From Lingula anatina (taxonomy: Eukaryota > Animalia > Brachiopoda): 64,000 nt of DNA. Positions 1 through 12,900 of this stretch are shown here, in pieces (the first letter of the stretch is position 1; each line of letters opens with the position of its first letter). The stretch spans positions 9,362,001 to 9,426,000 of the forward strand of contig CM120640.1 in the NCBI GenBank assembly GCA_051362555.1. The letters are read 5' to 3'. The position numbers were made by a program, and so were the translations under genes. The notes beneath the pieces were generated by a model, which made no database searches, was not told the DNA's origin, and saw only the letters and a list, made by a program, of their open reading frames with translations.

Positions 1-1424
1 AGTGATTTTGCTACAAAATGCACTGTGATCAAAATGTTCATTGATGATTTAATGTAACTATTCAGCTACATTTTTGAAGCATTCAGTTCACTCTGTCAGA
101 GACACATAAACATAACCTATCGGGATTGGTGCTATGGCTACAAGAACAAAAATAGAGGGGCAATTTCATGACTTTTTTGAAACTAAAAAAGTACTGTATA
201 AAATGTTATGCTCACAGTATTTTGAGTCACATTTTAACACGTGTCTATAATTTATGGTGGCACTGATTGCCAGATTTAGATGGATCAGTACATTTCTTAT
301 AAGTTTTATTATTAGACCTCAGGTAGCATTTTATTGTAATGATGCCTGAAATATTTGTATAATATTAATATTTATTGTTGCTGACATTATGTGAGTCAAA
401 ATATTTTTTCCTACATTAATTAGCATTGATTTTGAATAGTTCATTGTAAGTGGTGCACAATAATTTATATAGCTTGATCATTCCAGAGAACTTGTTTACA
501 AAAATCACATAATTCAGGTCAAACTGTTATTTAAAACTGTTGATTAATTATTTTTGAAGTATTTATTGATGAGAGTTATCAGTCAGACCATTTTTTCTTT
601 GTTTTTATTTTTCATTGCATTTTTTTTTTTTTTGCACTATGCACAATTTTACAAATGATGGATGACAGATCTGAGGCAATTGAATGAGTGCCAAGAAAGT
701 ATGTGACATTATCTCTACAACATCAAATATTTTACCTGTAAATATAAAAAAGTTTACAACTCCAATGTATATGAAATACTGATAACTACACTGTATATAA
801 CAATGCACAACATCTTATATATGTAAGGTATACACCAGTGTTCTGTCCCACTGTCATGTTGCTAAACATTATTTATAGTTATATTGTTATATATAGTTAT
901 CATGTTCATCAATATTGACAATATTAACTACTGGTACAACATTTCCATATTAATTCTATTTATTCATAGTAAACAGGAGTTTGATTTTTAGGAAATGTTT
1001 TGTAATATGTTTACTAAATCCCTTTGATATCTATAGTTAATGTATTTGTTTGCTGTCTCATCTTTCCATTTAACAGTTATTTGGTGAAGGAAAATTCCTA
1101 TTGAATTTCAACCTTCTACAGTAATTTGCTGTTCTTTTAGGGGTATCTTATTTGTTTTTCTTTTGTTTAATATGGAATGTAAATAATCAATGCCTTTTAA
1201 AAGTATTGTTATCTTTGATTTTAAAAATATAAATGATTGTGTAAAACTGACTGACTTTACTTTGTAAAGCTGCTTTTCGTTAGTTTTCTTTCAATGTGAG
1301 TTTCATGGAGTTAATATTAACAGTGGTAAAAATATGCTAATAAGTAAAATAATAAGACATGGGCCAATGTAGGCCTACCCAGTACACTTGTTATGGAAAT
1401 AAAACTTTAAAATATACCATTTTT

Positions 1425-1441
1425 GTTTATTTATTTTTATT

Positions 1442-1492
<51 letters not shown>

Positions 1493-1495
1493 TTT
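1425..1495. repeat. (TTTA)n microsatellite
   Basis: Direct reading. Confidence 0.95.
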
Positions 1496-1794
1496 TTTCA
1501 AATTACTTTTGACTGTGTAGCCTGGAATACCAACAATGCCTCAAGCATGTACAATTTGCCATAGGCACATCTACATGTATATTTCCTCACTGACAATAAA
1601 TGGTCTCAGCTACATTTCTAGTGGACTGCACTTTATTTTTCATTGGCAATTTTAGCATAATCAACATTAATTTAAAAATGATTTATTTATTTAACTCATG
1701 AACAAGTTATTTACAGTCCAATTAAACTATGGGGGCTAAGGAGAGTTGTCCAATCCTAAACAAAAGAAATAATAATACATAATTTACATGTAAA

Positions 1795-1859
<65 letters not shown>
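1795..1859. repeat. (ATT)n microsatellite
   Basis: Direct reading. It explains the poly-I ORF 1722-1925. Confidence 0.95.
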
Positions 1860-1860
<1 letters not shown>

Positions 1861-2871
1861 GTACTGCCAAGACAGGCTTTACCTATTTGCACTATCGATG
1901 GCATCGATTTGCCCTTTTCTGCCAAACGGGAATGTTGCTAATGCCGGGTGCATGCATCTTCAACTTTGGAAATATGTGTTGAATGTAGGATAACGTCCTT
2001 ATTTTAACATGCGATTACTTTTGTACAAATATGCTTTAAGTCCGTTTCTGCCAGCACTGCAAAATATGCTGCAGTGGACGTTGTGACTGGCAGTACGAGT
2101 TTACTTCTAATACAGTCACACCGTCCCATAGCACGAAAATTCATGCGTTAGCACTCCTGTTGACGATTCTGATATGTACTGACTGTGCTAACGCATGAAA
2201 GCAACGGCCTCAAAAAGTGGGAAATGAAAACCAGTTGCCGAACCAGCCGCGGTGCGGCAGCTCTCAAATTTTTATTTTACATCTCATGATACTCATCTCC
2301 GTAACACGCACATTACTCATTACTGTGAAGGGGAGGGGGGGGGGGGGGGTGACAAAAAACCATAAAAAATTATTGCTGCAAAAATCTACTTCATAAAACT
2401 TCCAAAAATCTAGTTCTTGTTCTTTTACATGGTATATATGTACTGCTTTATATTTTATCTTGCTGCCCATTGCCAATCCAAAACTTTTCCATTTCAACCT
2501 TTTATAAATTCTTTTAATTAATTGCTATTATTAGTAACAGTAAAATAGTGGAGTACTCTGTGTTTTAGTCCTGAAGTAGTGGTACATGTGCTGGTCAGTA
2601 TAGCCAGTGGCAGTGACTGTTTGGAGAATTTGAGAGAACTACCATTTAGCTGGGAGAAACTCTATTCTAAATCAAAACTTTACTTAAGTGCTATGAAATA
2701 ATACACTAAGGTACTGTATCAGACAGATATACTTTATATCCCAGCTGCCACTAGGCCTGTGACACCTACAGAAGACAAATCATAAGTGTACTGTTAGTTA
2801 AATGTTCTTAGAACTTCCAAATATATGATTGAAATCTTATCATTTTTACAGATATACAGTAAACACTCAAG

Positions 2872-5800
2872 ATGGTATCACAGATAAGAAGAGGAGGAAT
2901 AAAACTTTTCTACCAAACCTCAGGACAAACACTTGTCCTGAGACATGCAAAAAATACCAGCACTTCTTGGATGTATAAAACCAAAGTGGTTATACCTAAA
3001 ATAGATAAAGATAAATATATACCCACACAAAGAAGAGATACAGTAAATGTGAGAGTTGATGTTTGTTACATAGATACTGGTCGAGAGAACCATAATGCCA
3101 AAGGGAAAACTGCAATAATACTTCATGATATTCCTGGAAGTCATAAAGACCTTTTTGAACTAATCACTCAATTAGCAAAAAATGGAGTTCGTGTTATTGT
3201 TCCCAATTTTCCAGGTAATGCAATTATGAAAGTACCATATAATGGATTTCATTTGGTGAAGTGTCATTATTTTTAATTTTGAAGTTAGTAAAATGAAATT
3301 AAAACTCAAGGAGTGTGTATTCATCATTAAATTCCAGTAACGAGCAGAACTAATACAGCTGTTGTTATAAAAATATAATTTTGTTAGGAAGAATAACAGA
3401 GCTCATAAGTTTATGAAGTTCATAACTTAATTGAAGTTTTACTGGTCAATTTTGGTATTATTTTTGCATAATAAGACAAAACTTTTTTATGAATAACATT
3501 CCTAAACCAGGATTCTTTTGGGGGAGGGGAACTCTAGTTCAATAGAGTTTGGCAGAAAGTAAATGTGAAATGTATAATTAATCATTGCCATTTTGTGATG
3601 CTTTGGCAGAAAGGTGTTGAGCAAAATATTGCCAACAGTGATTCAGTTAAATCTTGTTCCTTTATCAGAACTTGGGTTTTCTGAAGTGGAAGTGCCTGTT
3701 GAAAAAAAATATGGAGGTAGAAGATGGAGCATTCTCAAGCCAGTCAGATTATTTGCTGCTTACCTTCATTGGATGACAGCCAGTCCCCACATGTGGCAGG
3801 TTTTAAGGAAGCAAACTGACTATGTTCACTCTACCAAGGAAAGAGCCAATTTTCTGCTGGCATTTCTAGATACCATTGGGGTAAGAAAGTAAGTCAAATA
3901 TTTAAACTTTTAGATGATGTATGAACTTTATTCTGGTGAAAGAGACCCAAAGTGTCATTACATTCAGACTGTTGTTTCATGGCGTATATTTTTTTACTGT
4001 CTTATTAATGTATAATTTTTTAACATTAAAAAAATAGTTAAAAGATTACATTGCTAATCTGAAGGCTGCTGCCCACAGAAACAAGTTCATTATTGGTACT
4101 CGCCTTGAAGAGATGGCTATGGTGTCTGGTGTAATTCTCAAGTAACTTTCCCCTTTCCGGGCTATGCTGTCAATATTTGTTGTGTTTGGTATTTTTGCCA
4201 GGAACAAGTGTCTGGAGAAAGCTTCCCCATATCACTGGGAGAAAGCAATTTTCTTACAAAGTTGACTACACATCATGTGACTTCCAGCACTTTAATTCTT
4301 ATGAGTTGCATTGAAATAAAGTATATAAATACTTAATCACATTTTAACAAAATAAGATTGACTACTGAATAATAAAATGCACTTTTTCACTTCAGAAAAT
4401 AGTGCCATATTATTGTGGCTTATATAGTACCAAGTATGTCAACACCAAGAAATTACTCGATCTTTTCAGTGGGCAAAAGTTAGCAAAATTTCAGATAGAT
4501 TATTTTATAATCACAAAAATTTCTTTATAGCATTTGGGGTGCTTTTACTGCATCGAATAGAACTATATAGAGTAGTCTGTTTTTTAATTTTGTCCCAACC
4601 ACTCAATAGGAATGTTCTAACTTTAAATGGTTTATAACTTAAAAAATGCAGTAAAATTTACAATCTTCCCCCATTGAAAAGATGAAGTAAAACCATATTT
4701 GATGTGTTTTTTCAGCCCAGATGTGGTGGTAGCTCATGGTTTAAATGCCTATCCTGCCCTGATGATAGGTGCACATGTTTCATGGGATATATTCAGAAGT
4801 ATTGTGCTTGTTACACCAACTCCACATAAACCTTGCAAGTAAGTATTGTATCTAATAGGTATCAGATATTTGCAGTGATTGTAAAGTTTGAAAAAATACA
4901 TGTCATTCTTTAAAAAATGGCTGAATCTTTTAAACATTGGGCAAAAAGTGTAAACTGTGCAATTGTTTAATGACTTTCATTCACTACAAACATTTTCACT
5001 CTTTTTCGTTTACTTCCAGGGCTTTCAGACCATATTTTTTCACATGTTTGTTGGCAGATTATTGGCAATTTAATTATTTGAATAGACCCTTTGTTTTGCT
5101 TGCCTTACGTTGGCTTGGTAGAAGAATTGGGCAAAGTCACCTACCAGTTGCTCATATAGCTGCTAGTGCTATGGCAATGAGGGAGCCAGGAGAACAGGGG
5201 GCACATGGTACTTTTTATGATGTAAGTGTACAATGAACAAGGTCACCAACATTTGATGGGTCAGAATGCACACGTCCATTGGTATATTATGTTATTAGCA
5301 ATAGAATAATCCATTTTAGTTATTGGAATGGAAGTTGGAAGTTGTAACAAAATTGAGAATGAGTTTGCAGACTAGAGCCCGTGTTTTGAGGCTCTGCTTA
5401 TTTGTACAAGTTTTACAAGGGAGTAACTGCATAAAAGTGTGTATTCAGCATGCACATTTGCAATATAACTATATTTTTATGCAAATTAAAGAGTTACTTA
5501 AAGGGATAATAAATCTTCATATGAAATCTATATTTCACAATAAAAACATTGTGAATAACTCATAGAAATATAATATATTCAGTTTTACCACAAAAATGGC
5601 AGTTATAGCTATTATTCTGATATCTGAGCTTGTCTGTAGACCACGTGACCTCCATTGATGGCTATACTCTGTTAAAATCTCTTAAGAGATTTTAACAAAA
5701 AACCAAACTTTTTAGAAAAAATCCAGGGACTAACTTTGAATGTAAAAATGGATTCATTAGCCATTGGTAAGTATGGAAAAAATTGTTGTTTACCCTAGGA

Positions 5801-6409
5801 AAATTCATTTTTTGGCCGAAACGATGAGTTATTATCCCTTTAAAGAGGCACAGCATAAGATTTTTCCTCTCATAACTTGTACTGAACAAATTTTTTGGGT
5901 AAACTTTTTTTTTACTAACCAACCTTTGATACTTCTTTCCTGACACTTGCCATAACTCTGTAACAATTTGCATTGGGATGTAAAAAGTCCTTGCACAGTA
6001 TTTGGGGTTGCATGCAATTGAAAACTGTATCAAGATGGTTGACAGATGGCAGGGTTTACAAGATGAAAAATTACACTGTTTTTAACAACATGAATTCATG
6101 GCATTTATCTGTTTGAATAATGAAAAGGTTTTAGTTTGTCCTTACATAAGTGCAACAAGAAATGGGTTTGAATGATGTACTTTTAAGTGAAAAATGTATA
6201 AATAAAATCTTATGCTTTGTCCTTTTAAATGATGTATGAACCTATATGTACCACACATAAATTTGCAGCAGGATCAGTTTTTTCTGTGGCATGAAAGTTC
6301 TACATTGCAGTACTTACTTGATAGATATAATCAATATTACGTTATTTATTGTCCAAAGTTCTATATATTTTAAATGATGAGAATTTAGTGTAACAGCTGC
6401 ATTAATATG

Positions 6410-6447
<38 letters not shown>

Positions 6448-7240
6448 AGTCATGAGGCATTTCAAAACAGACAATATTGTTTCCCTTCCAAATCTATAAA
6501 CTGTCCTTTCATTTATTAGGCATATTCTTCATCTTTCTTAGGTAAAAACAGATGGGATCATGGTTAAAGAGAAGAAAATTCCTCTCACCTACATAATGAG
6601 TGAAAACGACAAACTTATAGAAGCCAATCTTTCTATGGAGTTTGCCAAGATATTGGGAGTAACTGAAGAGCAGTTTGATAAATACAAGGGAGGAGTTATA
6701 CAGAAAAAAGGTAATTTGTTATGAAAAATTTGCTATATATATCAAAGTAATGAAAAGTAGTGTTAGAAAGTAGTTAAGTAGTTGGAAGTTAGAAAGTAGA
6801 TATTGCAATTTTTTGTACAAATGCTCTTCAGGTTTTTTTTAAATCATTTTTGTATTAAACTGCAACATGTCAGAAGTCTTGTTTTTAAGAGTTAATTCTG
6901 TTTGTGAATATGAAATAATTTTTTTTTAAAGTCCTCCCAGCAATATGAATATAGCTAAATTTTGCAATAAATTTTGTAATATTGTGATAGTAAACCAATC
7001 AGTTTTAAATAAATTGCTTTTGATAAATATTGATACTTTTTTTTGTATGTAGCCACTTCACAATGGGAGGATTACTATACCAAAGGAGTTTCCATTGATG
7101 ATGGCACGCATTTTGTGCAGGGGAAGTACACTGAATTAGTTGCCAATGAAATATTGGACGTTTTAAAACATATGTATAATGTACAATCTACATATTACTT
7201 ACCAGTACAAAAAAGGAAAAAGATACAATTGTTTGAGTAG
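2872..7240 (+). CDS. Alpha/beta-hydrolase-fold protein, DUF1057-like (~414 aa), probably catalytically degenerate; possible mitochondrial presequence
   Basis: Exons 2872-3214, 3669-3888, 4716-4838, 5020-5221, 6542-6710, 7053-7240. All introns are GT-AG and phase-consistent (1245 nt = 415 codons including stop). Motifs: IILHDIPGSHKD (oxyanion-loop region), RVIVPNFP, VVVAHGLNA (nucleophile-elbow position), SENDKLIE (acid), DDGTHFVQ (His). Family assignment is from recalled motif similarity. Confidence 0.85.
5498..5843. mobile_element. Non-autonomous DNA transposon (MITE) with TTAA ends and AGGG termini, Kolobok-like
   Basis: TTAAAGGGATAATAA ... TTATTATCCCTTTAA perfect terminal inverted repeat including TTAA. 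A second copy lies at 62803-63150. Confidence 0.85.
6410..6447. repeat. (ATCT)n microsatellite
   Basis: Direct reading. Confidence 0.95.
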
Positions 7241-8160
7241 GTTTTAAATTGTGCAATCTTTCATTCAGTTGCAGACAAGCAGATGGCACCATGAACGTTA
7301 GAGATAACTTAAAACAGACCTCAACATATAGCATCAAGGTTTGTTTCAAGTTATCTCTGAACCTCAGCGTGTCGGCTGGAACAGTAAAATGCAAAATATG
7401 GTGAATTTGATGGTGAAATCAAGACATGTAAGAATGTGTTACTACTGCATGTTAAAGTCCACACTTTTATGTTGAAATAAAATCTTATTTGTAAATTTCA
7501 AATTTAGTCATCGTATATTTTTTGGGCATAGGAAACAGTTAATTGTCAATAACTGAAACAGCAAGTTGCTCATTTTCCTTTGATATTGCTTTTATTTCTG
7601 GAAAAGTATACAGAAGAACTTGGCATGCTTAATGCATTAAAAGCTTGTAATTTAAGTAGAGGCTGTAAAATTTTCATTCTCAGCATGTGCTTTATATATT
7701 GCAATGTTTCTAGATTCACTACATAATTTTCTGAGAAATCGGACATTTTGAATATACACAAATGCCAGTGTTAAAAATTATGTTTTAAAAGGAATGTATC
7801 AGAAAACGACTTCCCAATTTAAATAATTGGCTTTGCATAATAAAGTTTCAGCTTATAAATAAGTAGTACAAGAAATAATTTCAAAAATATTCCGCATATC
7901 ACAGTGTATATCAAAATAGCAATTCTATTTTAAGATATATATTAAAAAGTAGACATTTAAAATATAAATATCAATCTGAATCTTACAAATTGGATTTCAA
8001 CTTACTGATGTTTGTTTAATAGACTGTTCAAAGAACTGAAATACATAACACAGAGTCAAAAAGATGTATCACAAGTAACGGCATAAGCTCCTATCACTTT
8101 GATCATAGAAACTGGACGGATTATACATTATGTGAAAATCTAGTTGGTCAATATGCTGGT

Positions 8161-9932
8161 CTATTTTTCCACTTTCAGGCCAGGTTTGATCTCTAAGACC
8201 CTGTCTAGTGAGCGAATCCCCTTGCATCCATACAAATGGAGAGTATCCAACCTGGGGAGGAAAATTAAATTAAAATATGGAAAATGCTAAAAGTGAAATA
8301 TAAAAACTCTTCAAAAGCAAAGGCATCTTTGAAGATGGAATAATTCAATAAATCAATTGATTGAAATGTGGGTAGATCTGTGTGCACAGAAATTTCTCAT
8401 TGTTGTACTAAATAATGAAAGAAAAGCTAGCTCAACCTCTTATTGCTTGTATGTTTACTTTAAAAATTAAAATTTTCATCATTCTAATAATAAATATAAA
8501 ATTAAAGTGAAGCAGTCATCATCATTATCATCATCATTCCTCTTCGTCCCATGTGGGACATAAGGCCACAAAGTGAAGCAGTAATTACTTAGAATTTTTC
8601 ATGTACTAGTTCACAGTTAATGTAAGCATTCATGCCTATTTTAGAGTTTTGCAGTACAGGAATCCTTAAATCAATCATTGACATTGCAATCATTATCTAT
8701 CTACATTTTTTCCTTTTTTAAATAATTTGAGGGCCTACATTAGGAATTTTTACATGGAAAAATTCAATTGAATATTCCGAGGAAAATTTCAGTCCCCAAC
8801 ATTTGGTTCTCTGAAAAAGTTTACTAAAACTATTAATATCAAATGCATACTGAATTATAACAATCACAGCAAGTCAATATTTGTGACAGATAACTTTTAA
8901 GTATATTTAATTATATTCAAAAATATATTGTTCAGTCACATTCTTACCTCCTACAGTTCCTAACCAGCTTGACAATGCTAGACTCTGTGATGTCTTGGCA
9001 GAAGCTAATTTTTAGCGTTTGTAGGGTCTCATTGCTGTTGTTGGCCAACATGATCACACTGAAATAATTTTCAATGAATAACAGACCAGAACTTTACAAA
9101 ATGATCAATAAAAGCAATGGCACAACTTCAAATTGAAACATATTATTTTTTGATAACCTAACAAAATGGCAGCATGAACTTTGTGCATGCAGACACCTCA
9201 TGAAGTTACAATCTCACTAGTTAAGTATTGGTCTCTATGAATTTATTATTACCTAAGATGTGTGATTCCCGTAGAGCTGACATCCAGGTGTTCCAGACCT
9301 CTACAGTTCTTACTGACAGCACCTATGGCTTGGTTGGAGATGTTCCTACAACCACTAGCATCTAACCATCTGTGTAATTAAATGGATATACTAGTACAAC
9401 TAAATTCTCTTTTACTTTTGAAAAAGATCTTTTAAACTCAAAGAAAAGATGGAATGCTGTTTGTGTGTGTGAATTGTCTTCAAAATTATATAAAAGTGGA
9501 AAAATTTATTAACATTTAAGATATCTTATATCAGAAAGAAAAAAATTGAAAATGTTTAAGGAAAAGGAAGGCTAGATTAATCATTTCAAAAAGTGAATAT
9601 GTAAATATATATTTTTCAAACACTAATATCAACCTACTTGACATGGGGTGCATATGTAGAGACCTCAATCAAAGCCACATCAGTGATTCTGAGACAGTTG
9701 GCCAGCACAAGGGTCTTCAGGTGTGGACACTTCCTTACTATCTTCCTAATGCAGTTGTCTTTTATCTATTAAAAAAATGTCAATGCAGAGTTGGAAAAAA
9801 GTAACATCAGCTGGATTTCATAGAGCAGTGAACAGAAGAAAATGATTGAGACAAAGATGTTTTGACACCTTTTTGATGCAAAGAATTATTACCAAACTTG
9901 TGAAAAAATTTATATTTATTATTAAGACTGAA

Positions 9933-9982
<50 letters not shown>

Positions 9983-12900
9983 GTCAAGTATGAATATGAA
10001 GGACCTTTAAATTATATTTAATTTTACTTGAGAAATTTGCTTATATTCCTGTTATTATTGTAAATATATTAGACAAATCACCTGTTTTAACCCCCTGAGA
10101 TCCAAGGTCCTGATCTGGGACAAACTCTCAGACAGTTGAACAATACAGGCATCTGACAGCTGGAAAAGAATTATAAAGTCATGGTTTATATTATTTTCAA
10201 AACACTACCTAAACAACTTCACAGTTAACTTTTCAGATTGATGAAAAATGATTTTTTGAACAACTGGAGGATAGTTCCAAATAAGGAAACACCCTATAAC
10301 ACTTTCACCATACTCTGGTACATTAACTCACACCCAATGATAGTTTTCCACATTGACAAAATAACATTTACCATGACATTGCCCCACCCTAAAACTTGCA
10401 AACCATGCAACACTGCCCCACACTTACATATTCCCTAGATATTCACCCACACTGACACTTACCCTGTAACACTGTCCCACACTGACACTTACCTGTGACA
10501 CTGTCCCATACTGACACTTTCCCTGTGACACTGTCCCACACTGACACTTACCCTGTGACACTGTCCCACACTGACACTTACCCTGTAACACTGTCCCACA
10601 CTGACACTTACCCTGTGACACTGTACCACACTGACACTTACCCTATGTCACTGTTCCACACTGACACTTACCCTGTGACACTGTCCCACACTGACACTTA
10701 CCCTGTGACACTGTACCACACTGACACTTACCCTGTGACACTGTCCCACACTGACACTTACCCTGTAACACTGCCCCACACTGACACTTACCTGTGACAC
10801 TGTCCCATACTGACACTTTCCCTGTGACACTGTCCCACACTGACACTTACCCTGTGACACTGTCCCACACTGACACTTACCCTGTAACACTGTCCCACAC
10901 TGACACTTACCCTGTGACACTGTACCACACTGACACTTACCCTATGTCACTGTTCCACACTGACACTTACCCTGTGACACTGTCCCACACTGACACTTAC
11001 CCTGTGACACTGTACCACACTGACACTTACCCTGTGACACTGTACCACACTGACACTTACCCTGTGACACTGTACCACACTGACACTTACCCTGTGACAC
11101 TGTCCCACACTGACACTTACCCTATGGCAGTGTCCCACACTGACACTTACCCTGTGACACTGTCCCACACTGATACTTACCCTGTGACACCGCCCCACAT
11201 TAAGTGACTTTAGTCCTTTACAGTGTTCAGCCAGGATTTCCATCCCCATTGGAGTCACATTGTAACAGCCAAATACTTCCAGGGTCTCCAGGCTGAATAA
11301 AAAATGACACATTATTACACACAATAAGTCCACACATTTTACAGGTCTGTTTCAAAATCAATCCCAATTTTACAATACGCAGTCTTTACAAAGTGCTTGC
11401 ACAGTAATATCAATCTCATGTAAAGTACTTGTGACATTTTAATAATTTACCCTTACATCTTTTAAAAGCTTAAAAGCTGTCCTTAGCAATCCCTAAGCCT
11501 AGTAATACTCATGTTATCAAAGACCTAACATCTCTGTCATGCCTCTGCCTACCTTTTCCCATGCTTTGTAGCCAACATATCTATGGAGTCATCAGTGATC
11601 ATCTGACAACCATTCAGCTTCATACTCACTAGTCTGAAATCCATAGAAATTCAAATACTAGTGGTTTTATTCAACTTTGATGCAATGCTTGTAATTATTC
11701 AACCCTTGCAAATTTGGTAATAAAATAATAATAATACTTTTTAAATAAATTCTTTATCAAATCTTGTTTATGCATTAATTACAAAAACATAAAACTATTC
11801 CCAAAAAGTTTTAACATATTTACTTTAAAAATTGCAGTAAAATATCTCCCTACAGAAAAAAAACAGAATAATGATTTCCTATATTCACCTTTTGGATGCC
11901 TCACATATTGCAATCACCCCATTGTCATTAATGTTGCACCAGCTGAGGTCCAGGTGAGTGATGTTCTGACACCTGGCAGCAGCATGGAGGAGGATGTTGT
12001 CACCTGTCAGGCTGCCCTGGTTGCACCGTGGAATGTTCAGCTCCTGAAACCATGAGAACACCAGGATAAATGGAATAAACCAGACTATGTGTCCCTTCAA
12101 TGTGTGCTATGTCCTATGTCTTGTAGGATATTCATGTGTTACTGTTATGTTTTTACGTGTAGTGCATCCAAACAATGATGATATCTTTCTCTTTTTCTCT
12201 TACATTTCTGAAGCAGGTTCTAATAGATGAGGACCTTAAGTTTGGTTCAAGTAAATGGTGGATACATTTCACCACACAATAAATGTATTGTTGGTCATTA
12301 CCTGCAATCAAATAGCACAGTGCCTGATCTGATCCTGAAGCCCAGTGGCAGTGACTATCACTCCATTCTCCGAGCAGACCACTCATGAGAGGCAGACAAT
12401 ATGTCTAAATCAAATTAATATACATAAAATAACAATTTGTATAAAGGAACCATACCTGCAGTGATGTTGCACAGTGCCTGAAGAGCTCCCTGAGGCCAGT
12501 GACTGTCACCCCATTGCCCAGGCACTGTATGAGGGACAGACTAGAGGGGTGGTGCTGGCCTATCTCAACCAACCACTCATCAAAGAAGTGTGGCTTCTTC
12601 TCTATACAGATGTGCTTCCCTAGATAAACAAAATAACAGAAGGCCTTATAATATTAAATGTTTACTGAAGGAAATCAACACACCAAAGTACAGGTTCTGT
12701 AGTATGGAATAAAAGCGCCTTGTACATGGTTAAATTTGTTTTGACTGGTCAATTTTCATCACTTAAAACAATGCTGTTGAAAACAATGTAATCTTACGTT
12801 TGTACAATGGTCAGAGTTTTTATTAATCATAGGATCTCAGACAATAAAAGGATTTCGATGTACTCTGTATTTTCAAATTGGTTACTAAAAATAAAAGTAG

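Noticed and set aside
1-1410. Coding sequence in the first 1.4 kb
   Set aside because: Very AT-rich, with no splice-bounded ORF. It looks like the 3'UTR of an upstream gene (AATAAA ~1398), but this cannot be shown from the window.
10485-10800. Recursive-splicing (AG|GT) sites at the two 29-bp units CACAG|GTAAGT
   Set aside because: There is no polypyrimidine tract upstream and the intron is only ~1 kb.
10447-11200. CRISPR array or independent repeat-protein gene (TLSHTDTYPV and QGKCQCGTVS ORFs)
   Set aside because: The units are contiguous with no unique spacers, the context is eukaryotic with no cas genes, and the ORFs are by-products of a 30-bp unit that has stop-free frames.
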